Of a stretch of 64,000 bases of DNA, positions 1 to 9,695 are shown piece by piece. The notes beneath the pieces are model-generated. The model did no database searches and was not told the origin of the DNA. It saw only the letters and a list, made by a program, of their open reading frames with translations. A program made the position numbers and the translations under genes. This DNA comes from a virus. How positions within the stretch are numbered: the stretch's first letter is position 1; each line of letters starts with the position of its first letter. The DNA lies in IMG/VR virus record IMGVR_UViG_3300042894_005670, one strand, 5' to 3'.

Positions 1-235
1 GATTTTGTTTTTCAATTTGCGACTCTATTGAGCTTAACGGGTTTACAGTCACTACTTGTTGTTGTGGTTCTAAAACAGGTTCTTTTGGAGGTGATTTGGT
101 AGACAAATTTAATATTAATATTAACGATATTAAAGATAGTATGATAATAAAAGTATAAAGAGGTTTGCTTTTTATCCATAGTAAGATTTGTTGATACCTA
201 GATAGTTCGACTCGCTGTTGTATTTTTCGTGGCAT
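1..235 (-). CDS. Partial membrane-anchored protein running off the window start
   Basis: Manual translation from ATG at 235: MPRKIQQRVELSRYQQILLWIKSKPLYTFIIILSLISLILILNLSTKSPPKEP..., open to the edge; one TM segment; TATAAATA upstream. Confidence 0.7.
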   Translation of the reverse strand, partial: MPRKIQQRVELSRYQQILLWIKSKPLYTFIIILSLISLILILNLSTKSPPKEPVLEPQQQVVTVNPLSSIESQIEKQN

Positions 236-275
236 AATTATTCCTAATTTTAATAAATATTTATAAAAGAACAAC

Positions 276-650
276 ATGATTGATTGGTCAGACATTAATA
301 AAGTACAACTAGGATTGAATGGCATACTAGTTTTAGTTGTAGTTTTTCTTGTTTTTATTCTATATGTTTGGCATAGAGATAGTAAAAGTAACATTGACCT
401 AAAAGATCTTATTTGCGTAGATAACAAAATAGATGAGAAAAAGTTTGTAAGGTTTGGTGCATGGATTGTGTCAACATGGGGATTTGTATATCTGATTGTA
501 GAAGAACGATTTAGTGAATGGTATTTTGCAGGATATATGGCAGCATGGGTTGGTAACGCATTAATTGACAAATACATTACTAATAAAAAAATATATGAAG
601 AACCTATTGAAGAAAAAACTAAAAATTTAAAGTGGAAAAAATATGATTAA
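276..650 (+). CDS. Membrane protein (possible holin-like)
   Basis: 2-3 hydrophobic segments, basic C-terminus, TAAATA upstream. Confidence 0.5.
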   Translation: MIDWSDINKVQLGLNGILVLVVVFLVFILYVWHRDSKSNIDLKDLICVDNKIDEKKFVRFGAWIVSTWGFVYLIVEERFSEWYFAGYMAAWVGNALIDKYITNKKIYEEPIEEKTKNLKWKKYD

Positions 651-828
651 AACAATAATAATATTATTATTTTCATTGGTTATAGTTGGGTGTGAAGCAA
701 GATATCGTTATCCTTGCCAAGATCCTTCTAATTGGGGCACTGAGCGTTGTATTAAACCTGTTTGTGAAGTCAACCATGATTGCCCTGAACAAGTTTTTAA
801 CAAAAAAGTTGTGGAGTGTAAAAAATGA
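643..828 (+). CDS. Small Cys-rich lipoprotein
   Basis: Signal peptide with lipobox VIVG-C; five further Cys; overlaps neighbouring genes. Confidence 0.65.
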   Translation: MIKTIIILLFSLVIVGCEARYRYPCQDPSNWGTERCIKPVCEVNHDCPEQVFNKKVVECKK

Positions 829-1193
829 ACGATATGGACGCACAAAAAGTAAGTAAAAACGGTGAACGTTATACAGAAACAGAATTAATGGTACGTTTGA
901 AAGTATTCATTGGTAGCTGTTTAGCACTTACCTTAATTGGTATTGTGTTTACTGTATTATATAGTATAATGTTTGTTACTCAACCATTAGATGCTATTAG
1001 CCCGATTGATAGTAAATTCTTTGAATTAATCATTCCTGTGGCAACATTCTTGTGTGGTACATTGTCAGGTATCATGTTGGCAGGTACAGGACGTGAAGCA
1101 GCGTTGGCAGGTGCACAACAAGCTAATGCTACTAATGCGGCACAAAAAGAAAAGGATGCTCAAAAAGAGAAAGAAGGTAAATCCGAAAAATAG
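825..1193 (+). CDS. Two-TM membrane protein
   Basis: Two hydrophobic helices, charged tail, ATGA coupling to the upstream gene. Confidence 0.65.
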   Translation: MNDMDAQKVSKNGERYTETELMVRLKVFIGSCLALTLIGIVFTVLYSIMFVTQPLDAISPIDSKFFELIIPVATFLCGTLSGIMLAGTGREAALAGAQQANATNAAQKEKDAQKEKEGKSEK

Positions 1194-1225
1194 GATAAAT
1201 ATTTTATATTACCAAGGGGTTTACC

Positions 1226-1669
1226 ATGAAAATTTGGGACATTGCAGTAGATGATGATATCCGTGAGGGTGACGAATTTGACCTAGAATTAGGTGATATT
1301 TTAGTTGAAACTACTGTATCTGAAGTTGTTGAAGATGGTATTGTCATACACGCTGATGCTGTAACATTGCGTCATATTATGGAATTTGTAAAATTACCTT
1401 TACACGAATCCGAAGATATGGAAGAAGCTAAGTACCAAGGTCGTGAAGTTAGTTTAGGAAAACCATTTTTAACTCCTGATGGTCCTAAAAAAAGATCAGT
1501 TTATGTCAAAAATCCTAAAGGAAATGTTGTCAAAGTAAACTTTGGCGACAAAAAAATGAAAATAAAAAAATCAAACCCAAATAGAAGAAAATCTTTTAGA
1601 GCTAGACATAACTGTTCCACTGCAAAAGATAGAACAAGTGCAAGATATTGGAGTTGTAAATTTTGGTGA
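1226..1669 (+). CDS. Phage protein with acidic N-half and basic C-terminal domain (DUF6321-like)
   Basis: EAKYQGREVSLGKP...KVNFGD...RRKSFRARHNC...ARYWSC motif typical of aquatic T4-like phages. Confidence 0.6.
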   Translation: MKIWDIAVDDDIREGDEFDLELGDILVETTVSEVVEDGIVIHADAVTLRHIMEFVKLPLHESEDMEEAKYQGREVSLGKPFLTPDGPKKRSVYVKNPKGNVVKVNFGDKKMKIKKSNPNRRKSFRARHNCSTAKDRTSARYWSCKFW

Positions 1670-1677
1670 AAAATAAT

Positions 1678-2313
1678 ATGTTTATTGTTTATAAATTTAC
1701 TAATCTTATATCTAATAAGTCTTACATTGGTTATACAAAATTTTCCCTTGAAAAAAGGTGGGATCAACATTGTAAATTAAGTAATAAAAATTTAGATAAT
1801 AGAAAATTTTATAACGCAATTAGAAAATATGGTACTGATTGTTGGAATAAAGAAATTCTTTTTGAAGTTGAAGAACATGGGTGTGCACAAAAAAAAGAAA
1901 TAGAGTTTATTGAAAAATTTGATACATTTAATAATGGATATAATTTAACACTTGGTGGTGATGGCAATAATGGAATTGTAATGTCAGAAGCATCGAACCT
2001 TAAAAGAAGTATAGCTTTGAAAGGTAAACCAAAAAGTAAAGAAACTATTGCTAAGTTTAAATCACGAACTCAAACTTCTGAAACTATAGACAAAATTTCA
2101 ATGTCCCACAAAGGCAAGAAAAAACCTTGGGTAAAGTGGAATTCTGATCAAATTACTAAAAGAGCTTTAACAAGAAGATCATTAAGTAAAGATCAATATG
2201 ATACTATAATTATGATGAAAAAGCAAAACAAGAGCTTAAAAAATATAAGCATTTTGTTAAACATTAATTATGATGTCGTTAAAAAATGGCACAATAAAAG
2301 TTGGGATTTATAA
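1678..2313 (+). CDS. Free-standing GIY-YIG homing endonuclease with NUMOD3-like repeats
   Basis: IVYKFTN..SYIGYT, GYNLTLGGDG, SEASNLKRSIALKGK and SETIDKISMSHKGK repeats; start probably ATG 1678. Confidence 0.85.
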   Translation: MFIVYKFTNLISNKSYIGYTKFSLEKRWDQHCKLSNKNLDNRKFYNAIRKYGTDCWNKEILFEVEEHGCAQKKEIEFIEKFDTFNNGYNLTLGGDGNNGIVMSEASNLKRSIALKGKPKSKETIAKFKSRTQTSETIDKISMSHKGKKKPWVKWNSDQITKRALTRRSLSKDQYDTIIMMKKQNKSLKNISILLNINYDVVKKWHNKSWDL

Positions 2314-2316
2314 ATC

Positions 2317-2616
2317 ATGGATATCCTAGAAATCTTGAAAACAATTCAAGAAGATTGGATGCTGCTGCTTTTCTTTTTTACTTTGGGTGGTGCATGGATT
2401 CAAGGTAAGATGTGGTTTGAGCGTGTTAATACTAATATTAAAAAAGCTAACGATCAACACACCGAACAAAATAGGATACTTTCAGGTGTAAAAACTGACC
2501 TAGACCACTTGAAAAATAAAGTTTCTGATATAGAATATACCGTAAAGAGTATACATGAAGAAGTTCATGATCAAGAAATTAAATTGGCAGTTTTAGAAAG
2601 TAAAAAAAATCGCTGA
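2317..2616 (+). CDS. Membrane-anchored coiled-coil protein
   Basis: N-terminal TM plus heptad-rich C-terminus. Confidence 0.55.
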   Translation: MDILEILKTIQEDWMLLLFFFTLGGAWIQGKMWFERVNTNIKKANDQHTEQNRILSGVKTDLDHLKNKVSDIEYTVKSIHEEVHDQEIKLAVLESKKNR

Positions 2617-2641
2617 TTATATTGTCCTATAAGTAGGGTAT

Positions 2642-2818
2642 ATGTCAAAAAATAAATCTGAACCACGCTTTGAAGTAATTACTCATGAAGATGAAAATGG
2701 GGATTTATTTATGCCCATACCACCTGAATTATTAAACCGTCTAGGTTGGAAAGAAGGTGACACTATTGATTTTAATTTGGATGATAAAGGTAGATGGATA
2801 CTGAAAAAAATACAGTAA
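2642..2818 (+). CDS. AbrB/MazE/SpoVT-type small DNA-binding protein (not in ORF track, 58 aa)
   Basis: Manual translation [58 protein letters not shown]; IP..L...LGWKEGD signature. Confidence 0.8.
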   Translation: MSKNKSEPRFEVITHEDENGDLFMPIPPELLNRLGWKEGDTIDFNLDDKGRWILKKIQ

Positions 2819-3396
2819 CAAATGATGATATAAAAGAACTTATTGATAATTTAGATAAAATATCAATTACTGAAACTTATGAAGATACAATTAGTGTATC
2901 AGCTAATTCTTGGGCTGATTTGTATCCTTGGCTTAATACAGCAAACAGTATAGGATCGTTATCCACTATAACATCTTTAAGTCCATTATCTACATCACAG
3001 TTAAGTTCAATTTTACCTTATCAAAATAGTACTACTACATCACAGACCACTACTTATAATCTTCCTGTCAACGGCGGTGGTGGTTCTAGCGGTGCAGGTT
3101 TACTTGGAAATGCACTTACGGGAGCTATTTTAACAAGTGGCAGTGGTGGTAATTTGTCTTGGAATTCACCTAGCCTTGAGGTTAAAGGTGATGCTAATTT
3201 CGACGGTGATATTAATATAAAAGGTAAAAGTTTAAATAAAACTTTAGAAAGTATTGAAAAGCGTTTGGGTATACTACATGTAAATCCTGATTTGGAAAAA
3301 CGGTGGGAAAAACTCAAACAATTAAGTGAAGAATATCATGCTCTTGAACAAGAACTATTATCAACTGAAGAAATGTTTAAAACATTAAAAAACTAA
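2794..3396 (+). CDS. Hypothetical protein (S/T-rich linker, C-terminal coiled coil)
   Basis: 200-aa ORF coupled to infA. Confidence 0.6.
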   Translation: MDTEKNTVTNDDIKELIDNLDKISITETYEDTISVSANSWADLYPWLNTANSIGSLSTITSLSPLSTSQLSSILPYQNSTTTSQTTTYNLPVNGGGGSSGAGLLGNALTGAILTSGSGGNLSWNSPSLEVKGDANFDGDINIKGKSLNKTLESIEKRLGILHVNPDLEKRWEKLKQLSEEYHALEQELLSTEEMFKTLKN

Positions 3397-3611
3397 TGGC
3401 AAAAGAAGAAACCATACCCTTACAGGGATCTGTAGTAGAAGTATTACCTAACGCTATGTTTAGGATTAAATTAGAAAGCGGACAAGTTGTAATAGGTTAT
3501 ATAAGTGGTAAAATGCGTAAAAACGAAATTAAAATTTTACTTGGTGATGCCGTTACACTAGAATTTAGTCCCTATGATTTTACTAAAGGTAGAATAACAA
3601 GGCGACACTAA
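3396..3611 (+). CDS. infA: Translation initiation factor IF-1
   Basis: [57 protein letters not shown]. Confidence 0.95.
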   Translation: MAKEETIPLQGSVVEVLPNAMFRIKLESGQVVIGYISGKMRKNEIKILLGDAVTLEFSPYDFTKGRITRRH

Positions 3612-3633
3612 ACCCCTCAGGCTAAATAATTAG

Positions 3634-4188
3634 ATGAGGGATTTAATTACATTACTTGAAGCAAAAGCTAAAATCGAACAAATTGAAATTGTTCCGTTAG
3701 CTTTTAAAAATACTCAATTTGCGCCTGTATTATCATCAGACGCAATGAACTTGCATCTAAAACTAGCACATGGTTATACAGAACGCTATAATAAAGATGA
3801 AGGTGATCCTGAATTTAATTATGCAGGTTACTTTTTACATAATACGCTATTTGCACAATATCGTGAACCACGTACCAATAATGTAGCTAATGGACCGATT
3901 GGCGGATTTATTAAAACTAAGTTTAAAAGTTATGAAAACTTTGTAGAACAAATTGCAATAGAAGCAATGAAGCTACAAGGTAGTAATTGGATTTACTTAG
4001 CACGTGATGGTAGCATTAAATCTATCCATAACCATGAAGTACGTGATGATATTTTATTGCTTATTGACATGTGGGAACATGCTTTTATATTAGATTATGG
4101 CACTGATAAGAAAAAATATTTAGAAAATATATTTCGCCTAATCAATTGGAACGTAATCAATGCACGTTGGGGTGAGGCATACAGATGA
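3634..4188 (+). CDS. Fe/Mn superoxide dismutase-like protein
   Basis: Ligand pattern LH...LHN..F...DMWEHAFILDY. Confidence 0.85.
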   Translation: MRDLITLLEAKAKIEQIEIVPLAFKNTQFAPVLSSDAMNLHLKLAHGYTERYNKDEGDPEFNYAGYFLHNTLFAQYREPRTNNVANGPIGGFIKTKFKSYENFVEQIAIEAMKLQGSNWIYLARDGSIKSIHNHEVRDDILLLIDMWEHAFILDYGTDKKKYLENIFRLINWNVINARWGEAYR

Positions 4189-4430
4189 GAGCTAAAGAAT
4201 TTATAACAGAAAAATGGAGCACAAAATATAAACGCTCTATTAATTGTAATAACCCAAAAGGGTTTAGTCAACGTGCTCATTGCCAAGGAAGAAAAAAGAA
4301 TGAAGATGTACAGGTTGATGAGCGTAAGAAAAAACGTAAAAAAGTGAATCGAGCATATGGATATTTTGGTTATCCTTTAGCTATAACTGATATTGGTGGT
4401 GACGGTGGTGGAGATGGTGGGGGCGAATGA
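4185..4430 (+). CDS. Small basic protein, probable internal head protein
   Basis: MRAKEFITE leader; KWSTKYKRSINCNNPKGFSQRAHC motif; Gly-rich tail. Confidence 0.6.
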   Translation: MRAKEFITEKWSTKYKRSINCNNPKGFSQRAHCQGRKKNEDVQVDERKKKRKKVNRAYGYFGYPLAITDIGGDGGGDGGGE

Positions 4431-5245
4431 GAGCAGTTGAATTTATACTTGAAAATAAACATGTCGATGAAGGTTGGCGTGAGGTTGTTGCTGCTGCCAT
4501 ACCTATTGCAGGGCTAGGATTTCATGGTGCTAATTTATATAAAGGTGACAAAACTCCTCCTCAACCTGCAGCACAAGTTATTCAAGTTCAACCTAAACAA
4601 CAAGTAAAAACGTTTCAACCATCAGAACCAATTCGTCAGGTTGCTCCACAGCCAAAAGAAGCACCACAAGTTAAACAAAAACAAGTAAAAAAAGAATATA
4701 AACCACTTACACCAAATGAACATGCGTTGTACACAATAGCAGTTAATTCAGGATTACATGGTATTGAATTGGCTCAATTTTTAGCACAAATGCAGCATGA
4801 AAGTTGGGATTTTAAAAAGTTACGTGAAGTACCACAGGGTAAAGATTATTTTAAAAAATATGATCCAAAACATGCTCCAAAAACAGCAAAAATTTTAGGC
4901 AACAAAGCCCCAGGCGATGGCGAAAAATACAAAGGACGTGGGTTTATACAACTTACAGGACGTGATAATTACAAAGCTGCGGGTGATGCTTTAGGTATCA
5001 TGTTTGTTAACCCTAACCCAAAAGATAAAAAAGCTGAAAAATTAGCAGCACTTAATCGTAAAAAATTAGAAACAGATATGGTGCTATCCGCAAAAGTTGC
5101 CTTGTGGTATTGGTCAACACGTGTAAAACCTTATGTAAAAAATTTCTCTGATACTGCTGCAGTGACTAAATTTATTAATCCTGCTCTATATGGATTAAAA
5201 GATAGACATGAAAACTTTATGGATTACTTACAAAAAATAAAATGA
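4427..5245 (+). CDS. Glycoside hydrolase family 19 (lysozyme/chitinase-like)
   Basis: AQFLAQMQHES and GDGEKYKGRGFIQLTGRDNY. Confidence 0.9.
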   Translation: MRAVEFILENKHVDEGWREVVAAAIPIAGLGFHGANLYKGDKTPPQPAAQVIQVQPKQQVKTFQPSEPIRQVAPQPKEAPQVKQKQVKKEYKPLTPNEHALYTIAVNSGLHGIELAQFLAQMQHESWDFKKLREVPQGKDYFKKYDPKHAPKTAKILGNKAPGDGEKYKGRGFIQLTGRDNYKAAGDALGIMFVNPNPKDKKAEKLAALNRKKLETDMVLSAKVALWYWSTRVKPYVKNFSDTAAVTKFINPALYGLKDRHENFMDYLQKIK

Positions 5246-5568
5246 TTACACTAACAGAATCTGCTATAAAAAAAGTAAAAGAAATATTATCTGAAGAACC
5301 TAAACCAATGAAACTTAGAACTTACGTACAAGGTGGTGGTTGCAGTGGATTTTCATATGGATTTTCACTAGAAGATGACCCTACGCAAGAAGATGATTTT
5401 AGTTTACATTTTGATGGTATTGAAGTTGTGGTTGATGCCATGTCTGCTCAATACTTAGAAGGTGCGGAAATAGATTATCGAAGTAATTTAGAAGGTAGTC
5501 AATTTATTATCAAAAATCCTAATGCTCAAACAACTTGTGGATGTGGGAGTAGTTTCAGTCCATTCTAA
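5242..5568 (+). CDS. erpA: A-type Fe-S carrier, ErpA-like
   Basis: GGGCSGFSY...NPNAQTTCGCGSSF. Confidence 0.88.
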   Translation: MITLTESAIKKVKEILSEEPKPMKLRTYVQGGGCSGFSYGFSLEDDPTQEDDFSLHFDGIEVVVDAMSAQYLEGAEIDYRSNLEGSQFIIKNPNAQTTCGCGSSFSPF

Positions 5569-5608
5569 TCTAATATTGGGATAAATACCTGATATAGGAT
5601 AAAGAATA

Positions 5609-8600
5609 ATGGCAACTTCATCAAATATCACACTATCTAACATTAATGTAGGGCAACCTAATCAAATTGCCAACAGTGATAGTTTGTGGTTAGCATTTAA
5701 TAAAGCACAGAATAACTTCTCTGCGATTTCAAACCAAGCAAGTCAATGGAAAACAATCGACGGAGGTAACGGGGTAAGTGTTACAGCAGTTAGTAACTCA
5801 TCACTTGTCATTGAAAACACAGGGGTAAGGCAGATAATACCTGGGGACAATATATCGGTAAGCAATTTAGGTCTTGGTATTGTACAAATTACCGCTGTAG
5901 GGGGCGGAAACGGTAATGGTGGTAGTTCATTATCAGGTGTAAGTATTACAGCAGCCACAGGAGTCAATGTTAGCCCAAATGTTACACTACAAACAGCAGG
6001 TAATGCAAACTTTATTATTGGTTTAGCTAACAGTGGTGTTACAGCAGGTACCTATCGTTTTCCAAATATAACTATTGACCAATATGGACGTGTCACTAAT
6101 GTAGCCAATGGTAACGCAGGTACAGTAACGAATATTGGGTTTGTCAATGGTAATGGTATTAGCGTAACAGGTGGTCCAATCACCACATCGGGTAATGTTA
6201 CGATAACAAATACAGGAGTCACACGTTTAACCGTGGGTGCAGGTTTAGCAATCGGTAATAGTACTACAGGTATTGGTATTGCTAATACGCTAACAGGTGA
6301 AGTTATATTAACCTTAACAGGTGGCGGTGGTGGTGGAGGTGGTACGGTAACATTAGTAGAAACCATGAGTAATGGTGATATTTTAATGTCAACGACAAAT
6401 CCTGTGCCAAACGGAGCTACTAGCGCACAAATTACAAGTGCAGGTACCATTTATTTTAGATTGGCAAATAATTTACCAAATATTACAGGTGTTGGAACAT
6501 TATCTAATTTAAGTGTTGCGGGTAATGCAGTAATTGGTGGCAACTTAACCGTAATGGGTAACATGAATTATATAAACAGTAATGTTTATTATATTCAAGA
6601 TCCTACGATTGAATTAGGTGGTGGAGCAAACGGTGCACCATTGACAACTAATGATGGCAAAGATCGTGGACTAATCTTACATTATTATAATGGTATACCT
6701 ATCGACGCATTTATGGGTTGGGATACAGGTAACTCTGAGTTTGCTTTGGGTAGTAATGTATCTGAAACTTCAGCTAATAGTGGTGTATACCTGTTTAATA
6801 GTTACGGCAACTTACGTGCTTTAAATTACTTGGGTACAGGTATTGCAGTCAGTGCAAATGTTGTAGCAGGAAACCTTATTGCAAACTCTAACGCAAACAT
6901 CACAGGTATTGCTAACATAGCTAATATGGTTGTGTCAGGTAACGCTAACGTCAATCAACTTAATGCTACTAACGCAAATATCAGTTCAAACTTAACAGTA
7001 TCAGGTAACTTAAGTGGTGGTAATATTACCACGACAGGTGTTGTATTTGCAACAGGAAATATTACAGGTGGCAATTTACAAACTACAGCATCAGTAGTTG
7101 CAGGTAATGTTTTTGCAAATGCCAATGTATGGGCAAATACAGGCACTGTGGGTGGTTCATTACTGCGTGGAGCATTTGATACTAATAGTAGTAGTCAACC
7201 TAACATTACCACACTTGGTAACTCAATTGCTATAGGAAATATTTCATCGGTCAATAATGTAAACGTTAATGTACTTCTTACAACAAGTAACCTAACAATT
7301 ACCGCAACTACGATTGCCAATGGTGTAATACAAGCTAACGCAAACATTGTAAGTAATGCTAACATTTATGCAAACAGTGGTACCATTGGTGCTTCATTAT
7401 TAACAGGAACGTTGACAACAGCAGCACAACCTAACGTAACTAGTGTAGGTAATCTTTCATCATTAACTGTTGTGGGCAATGCTAGCGCAGGTAATTTATC
7501 TACCTCAGGATTCTTGACAGTTACCTCTAATGCAAATATTGGCAATCTGCAAGTCAGTGGTGCAGGTAACATTGTTGGTAATGCTAATGTTGGTAATTTA
7601 GGCACATCAGGATTAATTATAGCCACAGGAAATATTACAGGTGGCAATTTAACTACAGGTGGTGTAGTAGGTGCAACAGGCAATGTAACAGGTGGCAATC
7701 TTACTTCTAACGCAAATATTACTGCAGTAAGTTTTGTCATTGCAAATAACTTCACTGCTAATTCAAATATTGGTGCATCACAAACTATTACAGGTGGTGT
7801 CGTTAACTCAAATAGTTCGATGAGTGCTATAACAACGATAACAGGTGGTAATCTAATTTCCAATGGTTTTGCAAATATAAGTGGTAATTTAATTGCTGCA
7901 AATATTACATCAAACAATGTCATTTTAGCAACAAGCACCATTACAGGTGGCAATATTATATCCAATGGTTTTGCTAATGTAGGTGGTAATCTTATTGCTG
8001 CAAATATTACATCAAATGGTATAGCAAATATTGTTGGTAATGCTAACGTAGGTAACTTAATTTCCGCAGGTATTATTTCAGCAGTTGGTAATGCTAACGT
8101 AGGAAATATTGGTGCTACTACGGGCGTATTTACCGTGGTAACAGGATCATTAACTACTAACGCTCAGCCAAATATTACAAGTGTTGGTACACTATCAAGT
8201 TTAGTTGTTACAGCAAATGCCAATGTAGGTAACCTAATTACAGGTGGGTTTATCACAGCCAATGGCAACATTACAGGTGGCAATGTAAGTAGCTTAGGTA
8301 TATTGTCAGTAACGGGTAATGCAAACGTTGGTAATTTAGGATCTAATATTGCTGTTGTATCTACAGGTAATATTAACATTGTTAATGCTAATTCTATTGT
8401 TGTATCAACATTAGCTAATGTGGTTGCAACAACACCTGCAACAAGTACAACAAGTGGTGCCCTACAGGTTAATGGCGGTATTAGCACTCAGGGCAATATC
8501 TATGCAGGTGGTAATATTGTTGGATCTTTAAACGCTTCATTAACAGGTAATGTATCAGGGCAATATGTAACAGGTAATATTGTTACTGTGAGCGCAACTC

Positions 8601-8710
8601 CTGCTAGCACTGACCCAGGCATCCCAGGGCAAATCGTCTTTGATTCAGGCAATATTTACGTATGTATTGCTAACGGTGCATGGAAACGAGCTGCTCTAAG
8701 CACGTATTAA
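5609..8710 (+). CDS. Long N/G/T/A/V/I-rich fibre-like virion protein
   Basis: 1033 aa with few charged residues; ITIDQYGRVT fibre motif; QPNITSVGxL and GNITGGNL repeats; C-terminal YVCIA...WKR. Confidence 0.7.
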   Translation: MATSSNITLSNINVGQPNQIANSDSLWLAFNKAQNNFSAISNQASQWKTIDGGNGVSVTAVSNSSLVIENTGVRQIIPGDNISVSNLGLGIVQITAVGGGNGNGGSSLSGVSITAATGVNVSPNVTLQTAGNANFIIGLANSGVTAGTYRFPNITIDQYGRVTNVANGNAGTVTNIGFVNGNGISVTGGPITTSGNVTITNTGVTRLTVGAGLAIGNSTTGIGIANTLTGEVILTLTGGGGGGGGTVTLVETMSNGDILMSTTNPVPNGATSAQITSAGTIYFRLANNLPNITGVGTLSNLSVAGNAVIGGNLTVMGNMNYINSNVYYIQDPTIELGGGANGAPLTTNDGKDRGLILHYYNGIPIDAFMGWDTGNSEFALGSNVSETSANSGVYLFNSYGNLRALNYLGTGIAVSANVVAGNLIANSNANITGIANIANMVVSGNANVNQLNATNANISSNLTVSGNLSGGNITTTGVVFATGNITGGNLQTTASVVAGNVFANANVWANTGTVGGSLLRGAFDTNSSSQPNITTLGNSIAIGNISSVNNVNVNVLLTTSNLTITATTIANGVIQANANIVSNANIYANSGTIGASLLTGTLTTAAQPNVTSVGNLSSLTVVGNASAGNLSTSGFLTVTSNANIGNLQVSGAGNIVGNANVGNLGTSGLIIATGNITGGNLTTGGVVGATGNVTGGNLTSNANITAVSFVIANNFTANSNIGASQTITGGVVNSNSSMSAITTITGGNLISNGFANISGNLIAANITSNNVILATSTITGGNIISNGFANVGGNLIAANITSNGIANIVGNANVGNLISAGIISAVGNANVGNIGATTGVFTVVTGSLTTNAQPNITSVGTLSSLVVTANANVGNLITGGFITANGNITGGNVSSLGILSVTGNANVGNLGSNIAVVSTGNINIVNANSIVVSTLANVVATTPATSTTSGALQVNGGISTQGNIYAGGNIVGSLNASLTGNVSGQYVTGNIVTVSATPASTDPGIPGQIVFDSGNIYVCIANGAWKRAALSTY

Positions 8711-8714
8711 AAAT

Positions 8715-8740
8715 AAAAAAGCCACCATAAGGTGGCTTAT
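8715..8740. terminator. Terminator between convergent genes
   Basis: AAAAAAGCCACC-ATAA-GGTGGCTT; U-tract on the minus strand. Confidence 0.75.
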
Positions 8741-8741
8741 A

Positions 8742-8960
8742 TTATTGTGTGTTAGCTAAAAAATGTCGTGTAATTCGATCATCAATCATTCTTGGTATAT
8801 CACTCCAAGGCCATTCATTTTCAAATGGGCACACGGTTTTCCATTTTGAATGTTTTTTAAAATAAATTACTTCTTCAATATGTTTACTATTAGATGGATC
8901 AAACTTTTGACGCTCACGTACTTGTGAACGTGTTTTACTATTGCTATCCCATGTTGACAT
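8742..8960 (-). CDS. Hypothetical protein
   Basis: ORF track; probable start MSTWDS. Confidence 0.6.
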   Translation of the reverse strand: MSTWDSNSKTRSQVRERQKFDPSNSKHIEEVIYFKKHSKWKTVCPFENEWPWSDIPRMIDDRITRHFLANTQ

Positions 8961-9384
8961 GAACTTGATCCTCAATATCAGTAGTTACAGGTTTAAGCAT
9001 ATTAAGAAGTTCTTCGGGAGTCATTTTAATTCTAGGTTTACGATGAGCTTCACGATGTAAACGAGTTTCGATGCTTTCAATCTTTTCTTCAAAAGCAGTA
9101 ACCCATTGCAAATTACTAATAAAATTAGAACGTGGATCATAAGCAGCAAATTTAAATGCTTCAATTTTTGTCATTGGTTGAGGCAACTCTTGCCACTCTG
9201 AAGTAAGTTCTTTTACACTTTTACCCTTACGTAATACATAACCATTTTGTCTTGAGGATTTTATACGTTTAACTATATCTTCACCTACCCTAACACATTC
9301 GTATCGTTCACCACTTTCTTCATCCAAGTGTACAGTGATGCCTACAACTTTTTTCAATCGTTCGCTACGCTTGTCTTTCATCAT
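8944..9384 (-). CDS. Hypothetical protein
   Basis: ORF with AAGGA SD. Confidence 0.6.
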   Translation of the reverse strand: MMKDKRSERLKKVVGITVHLDEESGERYECVRVGEDIVKRIKSSRQNGYVLRKGKSVKELTSEWQELPQPMTKIEAFKFAAYDPRSNFISNLQWVTAFEEKIESIETRLHREAHRKPRIKMTPEELLNMLKPVTTDIEDQVHVNMG

Positions 9385-9390
9385 ATATCC

Positions 9391-9657
9391 TTAATCTTGA
9401 TTATTTGTTTTTACTTGCTTACCAAAAATTTTACTTAACGCAATACTTGCATCATTCACATGATTTACATTGTCTAATATATTAAATTCAGCTAAACTTA
9501 ATCCATTTTCAATGTTAACCAACAACTCATGATATTTTTCAAGTTGTTCTTGAGTAATATCATTAGGATTACAACTTGTCAACTCATTTTGTAAGTTATT
9601 GAGGAAAACACGTAACTCAATAAATTCTTCTGCTGTTTTTGGAAAGTATTCATCCAT
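9391..9657 (-). CDS. Hypothetical protein
   Basis: ORF; probable start MDEYFP. Confidence 0.55.
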   Translation of the reverse strand: MDEYFPKTAEEFIELRVFLNNLQNELTSCNPNDITQEQLEKYHELLVNIENGLSLAEFNILDNVNHVNDASIALSKIFGKQVKTNNQD

Positions 9658-9695
9658 ATTTAAAACCTTTGTAGTAAAGTTAGTGTATAGTAATA

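Noticed and set aside
5743-8487. Antisense ORFs inside the fibre genes (also 40537-42144)
   Set aside because: Shadow ORFs caused by biased codon use of the sense gene.
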